From the NCBI GenBank assembly GCA_964658305.1, contig OZ210885.1, positions 25,296,001-25,360,000 of the forward strand: 64,000 nt of DNA. The letters run 5' to 3'. Below the pieces are notes generated by a model. It saw only the letters and a program-made list of their open reading frames with translations, was not told the DNA's origin and searched no databases. Below are positions 50,977-64,000 of the stretch, piece by piece (within the stretch, counting starts at the first letter, position 1; each line of letters begins with the position of its first letter). Source of the DNA: Leptogorgia sarmentosa (lineage: Eukaryota). The position numbers and the translations under genes are program-made.

Positions 50977-52482
50977 TACGATGGCCGAGAAGGGACTTCG
51001 GACTTCTGATTTCGAATTTCAGACTTCGGATTTCGGACTTCTGATTTCGGACTTCTGATTTCGAATTTCAGACTTCGGACTTCTGATTTTGGATCGATTC
51101 TGGACTTCGGATTTCGGACTACGGACCAATTCAGGCCTTAGGACTGCCAAATGTGACGTTTCGTGCCAAAAAAATGAACAGTTATGTGATGCGGTAAGTA
51201 CAAATTAAAGTAGAAATGAGTACAAACATCACCAAATAAGTTCAAAGTTTTGCTCAAAGTGTAACAAAGCTGTGTTTAGATTTCCTTTGAGAAACACGGG
51301 CAATAAACAGTGGTAGTGGCGTAATTAGCGCTATAATTAAGGGAGTGTGAATATGTGTGTTTAGCACCACTCATTTCTTTCGTATCATTTGTCTTTACGG
51401 TTTGTGAACACGATTATATGAGTATGTCCCCATATTAACCTTGTTCGTTTTTGTGCTGGTACTTGACTTTTGCGATTGTTTTTTTCCCGTTGCCTTTCCT
51501 GTACCTTTCGTACTTTCTCCTTTCTTCGGATTCCTTTCTTTCGCTCTTATCTTTTTCATTAAATCTGCAATTCGTTCTTTCTTATCCTCTATTCGAAATA
51601 GTAAAAAATAAAACTATTATTATATGTGAAATTCAAAATTGATCGAAAATTTAAAAATTCATACATAATTTTTAGCAACATTTTCCCGAGACAATTATTA
51701 CCAGTTAGCCAGTTGGTAAAAAGCAATTTCCAAGTAAATTTCAATTTCCTAAATTGTAGATTATGATACGTAAACATAAACAAACAATTACTGTCAAAGT
51801 ATGAGAATACCTTGAAACTGCGAATTTTTGCTTTCCATCGATATCGCTGCTCGTAAGCGTGCTGCCTGTCCGACGCTAATACCCATTATTTGAAACTGGG
51901 TATCTGTGACCATTTTCACAGCTGTCAAACTCCATACCTATATTCCAAACAAAAATCATCTCAAAACTGTAAAAGTAATTACGACAACATTATTGCCAGT
52001 TTATAAACGCATTAGTTGCTTTAATTACCTCGTGTAATGTTAATATTTCCCGTAAATCTTTAAGATTGTGCTCGTCTAGAACTCTTATTAGCTGCAATAG
52101 AATTTCACTAGTTGCTTTAATTTATTACAATGACATGGATATTTTTAATTTAATAAGTATTTAAAAATACTTTCTTTGAATACTGCCACTGAATTCACAC
52201 TATTAAATACGTAGTAGTAGACTATAAAGAATCTTTGAGGTAAAGCTGAGGCTTAGACCAGTACCGTATGTATATTACGATATTTATTTAAAACATAGAC
52301 CATAAACATGAATGTGAACATGCTAACATAAACATAAATTATATATAAACATGTGCATCAACTCACCTCTTCATCCATATTTATATTAATTGAGAAAAAC
52401 TTCGACAAGACTCAAGTTGATTCACTAGCTGTGTTAAATGTCAGTTGTCATAAAAATCGGAAGTCTTTTCTCGGCCATCGTA
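50977..52482. mobile_element. Non-autonomous IS3EU-like element 3
   Basis: TIR TACGATGGCCGAGAA..GACTTC.GA at both ends; perfect 6-bp TSD AAATAC at 50971-50976 and 52483-52488. Removing it restores Academ LHLNTLYYHRSC. Confidence 0.88.
50993..51125. repeat. Subterminal 7-bp tandem array (GGACTTC/GGATTTC/TGATTTC variants)
   Basis: Directly visible array starting within the left TIR of element 3. Confidence 0.85.
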
Positions 52483-55239
52483 AAATACACTGTATTATCA
52501 CAGAAGTTGCCACTCAAGATTTACAAATGTTACGTTGGTCAAACGCACAAAAAATAGATGCTCTAAAAACTTTGAACCCCACACAGAAGCAGTTCAAGCA
52601 GATCAAGGGTTAGAGGCTGAACATTTTATCCCACCAAAGAAATTTTTGAGATCGTCCATGTCTACAACAGAAAAACCTAGAAGCCAAGCAATTCTACTGC
52701 CCGCTTGCATAATCTGTAACAAGGAAGAAATTTATATTACCGACACGGTGAGCCACTTCATACATAAATGTTAGTCTTGCCAAAAAAAACTTTGTAGGAA
52801 AAAATGTATTTTTCATTTTGTGGTATTTATTTTTTGTATTGTTTCTTTAATTTGACAGTGTTCTAAAAAACGAAAGCTCTGCAAGTTAATTAGCTGAAAC
52901 CATTGATGGTGGCAAACTGTGGGAAGCGGCCATACGGAAAGACTACCAGCGGATTCTGGTGCAAATATTAGGTAAGGACTGTGTATAAGTCAAATATCAC
53001 ATTCGATGCTATAAAAGTTATACATCATTTCTGTCAAGGCCATCTACTTGTTGCTTCACACTATGAAAACATCAAGTTACTAAATACACAAATTCGTTTG
53101 AATCATTTTGCCGTTTTGTTGAGGAGGAAATAATCGACGGGCGCAACATCTATTACATGTCAAGGCTCAAGGATAAATTTGTTAAAACAGTTCAAGATGT
53201 TGAAAACGAAGACGCAAGTAACTACCGTACCTATCGCTTAAAAGAAAGATTGCAAGAAAGATTTCCTTGATTGGTTTTCCACACAGCCAAAGTTAGGAAC
53301 AGGAGTGAAATCGTTTACGTGGAGGATTCTTATCAAGGAAATGTAGCAGAGAGTCTGTTAATCTCAGAGGAGAGAGGCAGCGATGATTCGACAGATGAAA
53401 AGAAACTTGAGGACGACGTAAGGATGGATCATGCGAGCGTCGCATTGAAAGATATTTATTTGGTCGCGTTGGAGTTAAGGGAAAACATTCAAATTCACAG
53501 CAGCTCATGGTATAAAAACTTGCCACCACTTTCCACCGATATCAGCAGCGAGAATGTAAAAAAGGTTGTGTCCCCTCTGCTTTTCAACTTTATCGCTTGG
53601 ATGCTTGGATACTCGACATACCCGGAAGAGTCCGACTATGTTGAATTAAATGAAACTGACACTGTGAAGATTCGCAGTAAAACAATTGTCCGGATGTTCT
53701 AACCTGATTCATGTCTTAAATGGTCTACGACATTGTGTATCCATGTCTTCTACGGCGGCATATGATACGGCGCTCGCACAACTAACAATCGATACATCTG
53801 ACATTATACCTAGAGAATTTGTTCCAAAAGAGCCTATAAACTTAGTGTATGATAATATTGATTTCCAAGAAGAGATCACAAAACAGACACATGTAACGAA
53901 TGGAATAATTATCCAGAAAATTGTACAGGAAAGCAACACTCGTCCACAGCAAGAAATGAAGATTAGCAAGTCACAGCGCACAGTAAACGTACCCGAATCG
54001 CAAAATGTGCAGTTTAGCATTGGAATTAAGAAGACCCCCAATTTCCAAGCCGAAACCCGTCAGGCTATCACCAGAATGCCTTTTGGGGAAATGGCACAAA
54101 GCCTTGATATGGCCTACGTGTTAGTGAAGATGGTGCACTCGGACAGTTATGTTTTTGCAGGATGGACGGATTTCAACATTTTACTACGACAGGAAAACAT
54201 CCCAAGCGTTTCAAGAGTAGGTTACCTCCCAATTGTTAATGTTCCACCAATGGAATACTCGACGATTAATACCATACTTAAAAGAAGCACAGATATAGTT
54301 GATCAATTAGAACTGTGTTATGCTACATTAGTTTTCGATGAGGCCGTGTACACAAAAGTACAGCACGTAAGGTGTAAAAATGCATCTTTCTATAATCGCT
54401 TCGTTGTTCACCCAGGAGAATTTCATGCTGTAATGTCATTTAAATCTGCAATTTCCAAAATCTTCGAGGACGGAGGCCTTAAGGTATGTGATTGCAAAAT
54501 GTAAGCGTGAGGATGGCATGCAAGCATAATACGTAACGGTAAATCTCCGAAGAATGCCTCACAAAACTTAATGGAGAATGTCAATTTTTATAGATTTACA
54601 GTATACCGGGTGGCGCAAAAAAAAGTGCAACTGTTCAATTATTTGTAACTCAAAAACCATACACGGTAGAACCCTAAATGGAGTTTCATTGCATCCAGAT
54701 ATGACAGTTTAAACGTTTGTTAACAAAACAGCAAACAAAAACGAGAAAACATCTCTGTTACAAGGAAGATGAAATTTGCACTTCAACTATATTTGTTAAA
54801 ACGCTCTTATGATAAAATAGTGACACGGTTATAAAATCAGTTTAATAGGCCGTTTTTAGCTAATTTGTGACCGTTTGAAAATTGTTCATAGGACGTGCTT
54901 ATCGAATCTGGTGCAGTGGTGAGGGATCGATCAAAGGTGTTATGTCTGGCAAGCATTATAACCGGGCAGTCCACAGTCATAAAATGATGTATGAAGCCCC
55001 TCAACGGCTTAGATTCAAAGCATTTTTGGATACGCTGGATGACGGATCACATGATGAAGTTATTTCGTTTGTCAATACCGTACTAGAAACGTTTCCAATG
55101 ATGTGTACGAGAAAATTGAAAGCAACTACTTCCAGGATTTACTAAAGCGCTACGAGGCATTCATCGCCGATTGTACAGCAAATTCGAAAACCTTTGCTTA
55201 CTGGTGTATGTATATCGAAATGGCAGGTACGAAGCTATA

Positions 55240-55491
55240 CAGAGTGTCTCAAAAAACGGAACACACATAAATTAATTATGTATTCGCCTAATTCGTTATT
55301 CACGATAGTTATTCTTAACAATATTTTTATGAACTTGACATTTTTATGCCTCTAGAATTTCATATTTTGTGTACTATATAAATCAAAGCAAGACAAGTTA
55401 AAAGTACTGTCATATAACAAAGCGATTTCGTTTTTAATGCATACATACTACATAATTGTTTTTGCGTGTTTCGTTTTTTTAAAGCACACTG
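55240..55491. mobile_element. Degenerate Tc1/mariner MITE in an Academ intron
   Basis: TA-CAG.GTG..T.AAAAAACG.AACAC at both ends in inverted orientation. Confidence 0.55.
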
Positions 55492-56308
55492 TAGATACAG
55501 CATCAGTAGTTCGAATGGGAGAAAAAGAAGGTAGCTGCATTTGTGTAATTATAACACTTAATTAAATTTGCTTGATATTTCCAGGCACGCTTTTGATGTT
55601 CATTCGAGCAACTAGAGAGGTTGACTGGGTTCTTCACTTGGCAGCATTTAGGGCAATGATTCTGTGGTTTTTTGTCTGTGATAAAGTACACTATGCAAGA
55701 TATGGCACTGCGTATTGGCTGGAGATGATATCATTAGAAACAACTCATCCAGGTAATCTCTTTAAATAAATAAGTGAATAATTTTTTGTGGTGTTAACTA
55801 TTTAAACTATCACAGTAGCTCTAATAAGAACACCTGTTTTAATCGAGTATTATATTTTGTCTGAAATTGTAGGAATTCTACCGGAGCTTGTCGTCAAACT
55901 TTTCGGTGCAACGACAGGATGACCACGGATTCTCAGGATTGGCATGTGACCAAACAATTGAGCAAACCGTCAACCGTCGATACGCCGATGGTTATTATGT
56001 CATGCAGAAAGAGCGGCGATAACAGAAAAATGCAAGTCTATGGCTGGAGTAAACCACGAACAACGGTATGTAATAAAATAATCTAATTAAAAAAATTTCA
56101 AGCAGGAGAGTTAGTGTTATGTATTTTTGCAGATCGTAGATACGTAGATGTCCTCATAAGTAGAGTAATAAGACTGTCTGTTGTGTCTTTGTACTATTAA
56201 GAAAGATCTTGATGGAGCTAAACGTCAACGCTACGAAAAATCTGTAAGTGATATAACATCAACGATCTCTAGCATGGCAAATCCATTCAGTACCGATGAA
56301 AAGGAACT

Positions 56309-59300
56309 TGTTATAATTTATTTAAATATTCATGTATAATTAATAACCTAGTGTATATAAGTAATGTGCTGTTCAATATAGTTAGTTAATAAAAGTTTTA
56401 ATCAAACCAGCGAGTTATTACATTGGCGACGAGGATAGCGAAGTCACGTCGTGGAAGATGGCGCTGTATGGTATTGTAGGAGAATTTAAAGAAAGCGAAG
56501 AATCATGGATTCAGTATGTCGAGAGGTTAGAGCAGTATTTTTTGGCCAACGAGATAATAGACTGGAAGAAACAAAGAGCTATCCTTCTGAGTGTCTGTGG
56601 CAGCAAGACGTAGGATTGTTACGAGACATATTACAGCCCAAGAAACCAGCAGATACTGATATCAAAGTAATTGTCGAAGAATTAAAGAAACATTATAACC
56701 CAAAGCCAAGTGAGATTGTTGAACGTTTTAAATTTCACAGTCGAGTGCGAAAAGAAGGCGAAAGCGTCGCGTTGTTTGTCGCCGGTTTACGCAATCTTTC
56801 AGAACATTGTAACTTTGGTGAGTCATTGGAAGATATGCTGCGTGATCGTCTTGTGTGTGGCATAAATAATAATCAGATTCAGAAGCGATTGTTGGCAGAA
56901 ACCGTCCTCAACTTTCAGAAAGCAGTCGAGTTAGCTTTGGCTATGGAAAGTGCTTTGAAAAGTGTGGGTGATTTGCATATGACAAAAACAAATCATGCAA
57001 ATTCGGCGAGATCAACAGAGCAGGTTGACAAAGTCACGCATGGGAAACAAGCATTATTTGGCAAGAGAAATCAAGAATGCTACCGTTGTGGGGGAGACCA
57101 CGAGCCTTCTACCTGCAAATTTAAGGATGCGAAATGTTATAACTGCCAAAAGAAAGGCCACACGGCGAAGAAATGTAGAAATCGCAAGAAAGATCAAGAA
57201 AAGAAACCATTCAAAAAGGATGAGAAGAGGGAACAGAAGTCGGCGAATTATTTTTTAAAGCAAGAGGAGGGGGCCTATGCAATGTACCATGTAACCGGAG
57301 ACAAAAATAAAGCAATTACAATTGACATTGATCTGTGTGGTACGACACAAACAATGGAACTTGACACTGGGGCCTCCAAGACAATCTTGAATTATCGAAC
57401 ATATTCGGAGTTGCGCGAGAAATTGGGACCGTTGCACTTTTAAGCACGTACACAGGAGAACAAATTCCAGTGGCTGGAATTGTGTCTGTCCCTATAAAGT
57501 ATGGAAATCAGGAAGCAATTCTGCCAGCTTTAGTTATACGGGGTGACGGACCAAATTTATTTGGTCGTGATTGGCTCAAAGTAATCCGAATTAACTGGAG
57601 TCAAATATTCAAGGTTGAAGCTAAACAACAAGTTAAGAACCATGGTATGCAGCGAGTGCTAGAAGCAACTAAAGAAGTTTTCCAAGACGAATTGGGGACG
57701 CTACACGCCATGGAAGCGAAAATTTACGTCGATGAAAAAGCAACACCACGATATTTTAAGGCACGCCCGGTCCCATATGCACTCAAGAAAGGGGTCGAGG
57801 ACGAACTTGAAAGATTGGAAAAAGAGGGGATAATCTCCCCAGTGGAATTTTCCGAGTGGGCTGCACCAATTGTACCAGTGATGAAAAACTAATGGAGATG
57901 TCAGAATTTGTGGTGACTATAGGTGTAATGTAAACCAAGTGTCAAAACTGGACAATTATCCAATTCCTAAGACGGAGGATTTGTTAGCTACCCTGGGTGG
58001 TGGAAAGAAATTTACGAAGTTAGATATGTTGCAAGCATATCAACAACTGAAATTAGATGAAGATTTCAAGAAATATACTACAATCAATACGCATAAAGGG
58101 TTGTTCCAGTATAATCGGTTACCGTTTGGAGTTTCATCGTCTCCTGGCATCTTCCAACGAGCAATAGAGAATTTATTGCAAGGCATTCCATATGTCGTCA
58201 TGAGAATGGACGATATATTGGTCAGCGGCGAAGATGATACAACTCATTTGGACAATCTGTGTTCGGTTTTGTCAAGGCTTTTGGAAGCTGGTCTGCGTCT
58301 GAGGCAAGATAAATGTTGTTTTATGCAACCAGAGGTGATCTATTGCGGTTATGGCATCAATGGAGAAGGTGTATATTTTATAGCAGCAAAGGTCGACGCC
58401 ATAATGAACGCACCTGTACCCAGAGATGTGACCCAACTTCATGCATTCCTTGGAATGCTGAATTATTATCACAAATTCCTACCAAATGTGGCGATTATCT
58501 TAGAGCCACTGCATGAGTTGCTTAGAAAAGGGCAAAAGTGGAAATGGAATCAAGAGCAGCAGAAAGCTTTCGCGAAGGCCAAGGAACTGTTGCAATCTGC
58601 CGATCTATTGGTACACTTCAACCCTGATCTGAAACTTGTTCTGGCCAGCGATGCTTTGAATTACGGAATAGGAGCTGTGTTGTCCCACGAAATGCCTGAT
58701 GGAACTGAGCGTCCTATAGGATATGTTTCACGTTCACTCAACCCAGCTGAGCGGAACTATTCAACCATTGACAAGGAGGCACTGGCGATGATCGTTGGGT
58801 GAAAAAATTCCATCAGTTTCTATATGGTAAGAGATTTACAATTCGAACTGACCACAAGCCACTCGAAGGTCTATTTGGAGAGAAGAAGGGGATTTCATCA
58901 CAGGCATCACCCACAGTTCAACGATGGGCACTAAACGCTTGCTGCGTATGAATATGACATTCAGTATAAAGCAGGAGCAATGAACGGGAATGCTGATGCA
59001 TTAAGAAGGTTACCACTCGAAATGCTGGAGGAAACGCCCATACCCGGAGACACCATAAAGCTCATGGAACTTCTGGAAGCAATTCCTTTGCAGTCCAGTC
59101 AAATTCGTGAATGGACAAGACGAGATCCAGTACTATCCAAGGTTCATCAGTATGCCCTTGGAAATTGGCCGATTACCTGTCCAAGTAAAGAATTACAACC
59201 TTATTTCAATCGGAGAACAGAAATAAGTGTGGAAGATGGCTGCCTGTTATGGGGAACAAGAGTAATTGTACCTCCGAAAGGTAGAGCACAGGTGTTAGCT

Positions 59301-60672
59301 GTATTGCATGAGGCTCATCCAGGAATTTCCAGAACTAAATCTTTAGCTCGTAGTTATGTTTGGTGGCCGGGACTAGACCAAGAAATTGAAGAGCAGGTGA
59401 AGCAGTGTGGAAAATGTCAGCAGAATCAGAAGGCACCAGCAGAGGCACCACTGCATCCCTGGGAATGGCCAGGCTAGCCATGGTCACGAGTTCATATAGA
59501 TTATGCTGGACCGTACAAAGGAGAAATGTTCTTGGTGCTAATAGATTCTATTAGGTCCTATTCAAAGTGGTTGGAAATACACGTGATGAAATCAACTACT
59601 TCTACAGCTACAATCGAAAAGTTACGAGAAATCTTTGCGATTCATGGATTACCCAAGACAGTCGTTAGTGACAACGGGACTAACTTTTCAAGCAGTGAAT
59701 TTGAGCTATTTATGAATCAGAATGGCATTAAACATATTAAAGTATCACCGTATCATCCCGCCTGTAACGGTCAAGCAGAGCGGGTAGTTCGTGTATTTAA
59801 AGAAGGAATAGAGAAAATGGAGGGAGGAAGTTTAAAAACCAAGCTGGCTAGATTTCTTCTTAAATATCGTATTACCCCACATTCCACCACGGGAGTTCCA
59901 CCGGCTCAGTTGTTGATGAATCGGAAGCTACACACTCATTTGGACCTAATCGACCCTAACCTTAGTGACCGAGTCCTGGAAAGGCAAACACAACAAAAAT
60001 CATCCCATGATTATCATGCTAAACATCGGGAGATACAAGTGGATGACACTGTCTATATCAAAGATTTCAGGCGTCCAAAATGTTGGTTACCGGGAACTGT
60101 GGTAGAGAAAACTGGTCCTGTTTCTGCTAGAGTGAAGCTGAGCAATGGTGAAATAATACGAAGACATCAAGATCATATCAGAATCCGTACTGATCAAGAT
60201 ATAACTCCACCAGGGGACAGTGGAAGTCAGGAGATCCGTCCTGGAGACACCTTTAGTTTCTAATGATATTCCCCCGAGCTCAGCACCACATTCACCTGCA
60301 GCACCACAACCATCTATCTCGGAAGAAGTGAGACAACCATTCATCTCGGAAGAAGTGAGACAACCAACCGAGTTGAGTCCGCAAAAGAGACGTTTGACAC
60401 GAATTCGTCAAAGACCGAAACATTTAGCAGATTATGAAGTTCAATATTAGGAAGTACATTTCAGTAAATTTGGAAACATATTTAAACTTAGCTAATTTAT
60501 ATATATACTTTGACAAGAAATAGAAGAAAATAGAAAAGGATCTTTTTCCCGAACTGAGAGGGGAGGAATGTTATAATTTATGAGTATAATTAATAACCTA
60601 GTGTATATAAGTAATGTGCTGTTCAATGTAGTTAGTTAATAAAAGTTTTAATCAAACCAGCGAGTTATTACA
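56309..60672 (+). mobile_element. Gypsy LTR retrotransposon, full-length, disrupted gag-pol
   Basis: TG..CA LTRs at 56309-56422 and 60569-60672; TSD GAACT; PBS TGGCGACGAGG; PPT GAGAGGGGAGGAA. gag ATG 56458, CCHC knuckles, LDTGAS, MDDILV, RH and IN, with several stops and frameshifts. Confidence 0.95.
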
Positions 60673-63600
60673 GAACTCGTCAGCATTACGAGCGGTATAG
60701 AAGTCGAAAATAACGTGGCTAATGGAATTCTTGGAGCACAAGAAACTGGTGAGCAACAGTTTGTGGAATTTTGCAACAACAACCTTCTATGCGAGAAATC
60801 AGACATATTTCAAAAGCTGAAAAAGAACAAATTAAGAACCTTTGTGGCGAAGAAACATTCCATGAAATACAGTAAAGGGCAACAAATAGCTGTTAAATCT
60901 ACCAGAGATTTCTTCGCTCAATTGTTGATAATCTCGAAAACATGCGAAATTAACTTAAAGGAATTGTTATCATACAGTCTTTGTGATTATCATCTAGCCT
61001 TATCTACAGTGTCAGGCAGCCTAGTAAAAACTGCAAAGGCTAAGATGTTGGAATTATTAGAGGATATGGCCTGCAATCCAGTTGTGGAAAGAGAGCATGT
61101 TGAACAAAATAACGCCCTTATTGTCGAGGCAATGGCCATTCTTCAATGTATAAAAGGCAAATGGAAAACATTCGAAGAATTTGCTGAATCAACATTTCTT
61201 TACTTGGTGAATCTTGCTCAGAAATGGGATGCTTCTAGGATTGACTTTGTTGCAGACAGGTACCCACAACAAAGTATTAAGAATGCAGAAAGATCGAATA
61301 TATTGAGAAACCCAAGGCGTGCAGAAAGTCCATATATTGAGAAAGGAGCAGAACCTACCAAAACAGTGGAAGAAATATTTGAGTGATGGAGAAAACAAAG
61401 AGACACTGGTTGAATTCCTGTGTTATTGCTGGAGTGGTTATGATACTGGTCAACTTGGCATTTTGGAATGCATGTATGTCAGTTCAAAAAGCGAGTGCTT
61501 CTTACTTGCCCCTGCTGTTTCTCCCAATGATCAAGTCCTGCGGCATGAGGTCGCTGACACACGTTTGTTGCTCCATTCTAAGCATGCAGCAAATACATAT
61601 GATCGAATCATCATAAAATCTCCAGACACAGATGTATTCGTCCTTTGTGTGGCAATGCAGAATATCATCGGCAAAAACCTGTTTATGATGACAGGGAGTG
61701 GAAACAAGTTCTGGCTTATTGACATCTAAGATGTGGCTACTGAACTTGGAAATGAACTTTGCACTTGTTTACCAGGATTTCACACCTTTTCAGGTAAATC
61801 ATAGTGAGAAAATTATAAAAATAGGAATGCATGTGGTATTAGAGAAAGATATGGTTGATATTCACCATTTTTTCTCGACAGGTTGTGATTCAACAAGTGC
61901 ATTTTATGGTAAAGGAAAAGAAAGGTCATGGAAAATACTACAAAAACACCAAGAATTTAGACAGACATTTTCCCAGTTAGGAAGTTTGGAAAGAGTTCCA
62001 CAGGACTTAATCAATTCCCTAAATACGTTTGTATGCCTTCTCTATAATAATGAAGTCTCAACACATGAGATGATGAATGCAGATACAATCCTATTCAAAT
62101 CTGGCAAATGCTCAGATGAGACACTTCCACCAAACTTTGACAGCCTACAGAAGCATATAGAGAGGGCAAATTTCCAAGCATATATATGGAACCGGTGTTT
62201 GTCTGCAAATCTTGACCTTCCACTTTCCGAAAATAATGGATGGCTGGTTTCAAATGATCAACTACAAATTTCGTGGATGACAAAGCCAGATGCCCCTGAT
62301 TCACTTCTAGAGTTGGTCCAGTGTAAGTGCAAAACTGGCTGTGAAACAATGCAATGCTCCTGCCTTAAGTCGGGGCTGAAATGAACAGATTTCTGCCAGT
62401 CTGTATCCTGCCACAATGGTAAAGAAGATGATTCAGATGAAGATGATGATGAATTAAGCGACAGTTGTTGCCATATTAATGAGGAAGAAGATGATGACTG
62501 ATAAAAAATTGGAAAGGGATAAAGGTAAGCTATAATTGAAAATACTAATGGCTAATGTTAATCCAATTATTTAAAAACATGGCCATTGTAGGTAGCAGAT
62601 AACAGCATGAACAAACAGCAATAGTCGCACTCACTACCTAAATGTTAAAAGACATTTGACATTTCAAGTAAAGGCCCTTAATTAATTCCTGACAAACACT
62701 ACTAATTCCCGACGAAGGGCCTTCAACCTTTAATCTGTTTTATTGTTTAAGTAGTGAGTGAGAATATTGCTGTTTGTTAAATCCACTTATTTGAGTATCA
62801 TCGGTTGGTGTACTGCAATTTTACAGTTTTCAAGGATACCCAAGTCCAACGTTCTACAACTACAGATTGGATGGATGGCTTTCTGAAGTTAAGAACAAAA
62901 TGTTATATTCATACCATTTAATCTATACGAAGTTATGGTCTGGTCAAAACAGGTGAAACAGCCCATCATTAGATTCGACCACTCACAGTTCTGACTCACA
63001 ATCCGATATCCTTTCTTTCATATACTTTCTTTCAAATATTCCGCCAAAAACGGTCAAAACGGTTCGATAATTCGTAAATATAAATATTCCCACAAAACAA
63101 TTTTATCCGCCATATTTACTGTCTGCAACATAGTGCGCCACCGGTCTACGAGGAACTTTATGTAAACGACGATGTAGGCGGGCAAATTATGAAATAAACA
63201 GACAAAATGGCAGCATAACAGAAGGATTACTCAAAAACTGCAGGGTTTTGGACGTTAAAAAACTTTGACGATCAACTGAACACAATACACCTTATGGATA
63301 ATGACATCACAAGAATTGATTCCCGCAAGGAGTAGTCATCGGTTGACTTTACCAGTCAAACAAAGTGATACACAATCATTAATGGGGAAAGATAAATTAC
63401 TTTATACCGTATATTCTTATTACTCATTACATTTAATTAATTCTATTATTTTTTTCTAACATTACTAACCTTCAGCATACTTGTATCTCCACATAATACC
63501 CGAAACTCCTCTTCACTGGTGGCATGCAAAACCTTTGGGCATAAAATTGAAACATGTGAGGAAAAGACCAAAATGTATATGACAAACCAATTTTGGTGCA

Positions 63601-64000
63601 AGGTGCAGCTTGGCAGGGGAGGGGCATGGGTCTATGTCCTCACTACGAGTGTTTTTCAGAGGCCGCAAAAGGTTTTAGAGGTTAGCAAAACTGCATTAAA
63701 TAAAACCAAAATGAAAATCAAGAGCAGCACAATTAAAGAATGTTTCAAAAAATCCCTCCTCTTGAAAATTTATAACAAGGGGTTTGTGATTGGCTTTAGG
63801 AAACAAAAATGATCATTGTGCATGACTTGTTCTTTAGAAAGTCGCATGTTCTAGACCGCACTCCGCAAAGTAGTTATTTATCCGCATTTTACAACATTTT
63901 GCAACGAAACTTCGGAATATTACTGATTTTGTGATGCTCTTTCAAGCTGTGATGAAATTTTTGTCTAGATCGAAGTTTTGTTTGTTAGGGAATAGGTCCA

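Larger units (their letters stand above)
50818..62501 (+). mobile_element. Academ (AcademX-type) transposon gene, spliced, decayed, with nested insertions
   Basis: YYHRSC, YDNIDF..THVTNGI, LVFDEAVY, GEFH, GKHYNR and HYARY motifs; XPG-like ADTRLLLH, SPDTDV, GCDSTSAFYGKGK; Cys-rich end CKCKTGC..CSC. TIRs not located. Confidence 0.8.

Noticed and set aside
50993..51125. CRISPR array
   Set aside because: Contiguous 7-bp units without unique spacers, no cas genes, and a eukaryotic context.
51123..51151. Possible TIR belonging to the HECT relic
   Set aside because: It is internal to element 50977-52482, whose real ends and TSD were found.
62500..63400. Right TIR of the Academ element
   Set aside because: No convincing inverted match found upstream of 50818.
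63830..64000. Repeat-like sequence at the window edge
   Set aside because: Truncated by the window; no partner TIR or TSD visible.

Overview
This is AT-rich animal genomic DNA with spliceosomal GT-AG introns. A cnidarian-like origin is only my inference from the TE repertoire. Almost the whole window is nested transposable elements: hAT, two Penelope-like elements (one with hammerhead ribozymes), Crypton, BEL/Pao, three Gypsy, two CR1-group LINEs, two Academ, and many MITEs with recognisable TSDs. No intact host gene is evident, only a decayed protein-kinase gene. The main result is a set of TAY..RTA, 6-bp-TSD DNA transposons (IS3EU-like). Element 13138-20341 looks intact, with 409-bp near-identical TIRs and a perfect TCAAAC TSD. 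It carries two convergent spliced genes: a 499-aa DDE transposase and a 780-aa protein with a UBZ-type zinc finger and a complete HECT E3 ubiquitin-ligase domain (catalytic Cys and -4 Phe present). A second element with unrelated TIRs (33518-40941, decayed) has the same transposase-versus-HECT layout plus a CUE-like domain. A third, non-autonomous element and a HECT relic also occur. The E3 ligase therefore looks like a core second gene of this transposon lineage. All gene models and domain calls are by eye; no database search was run.
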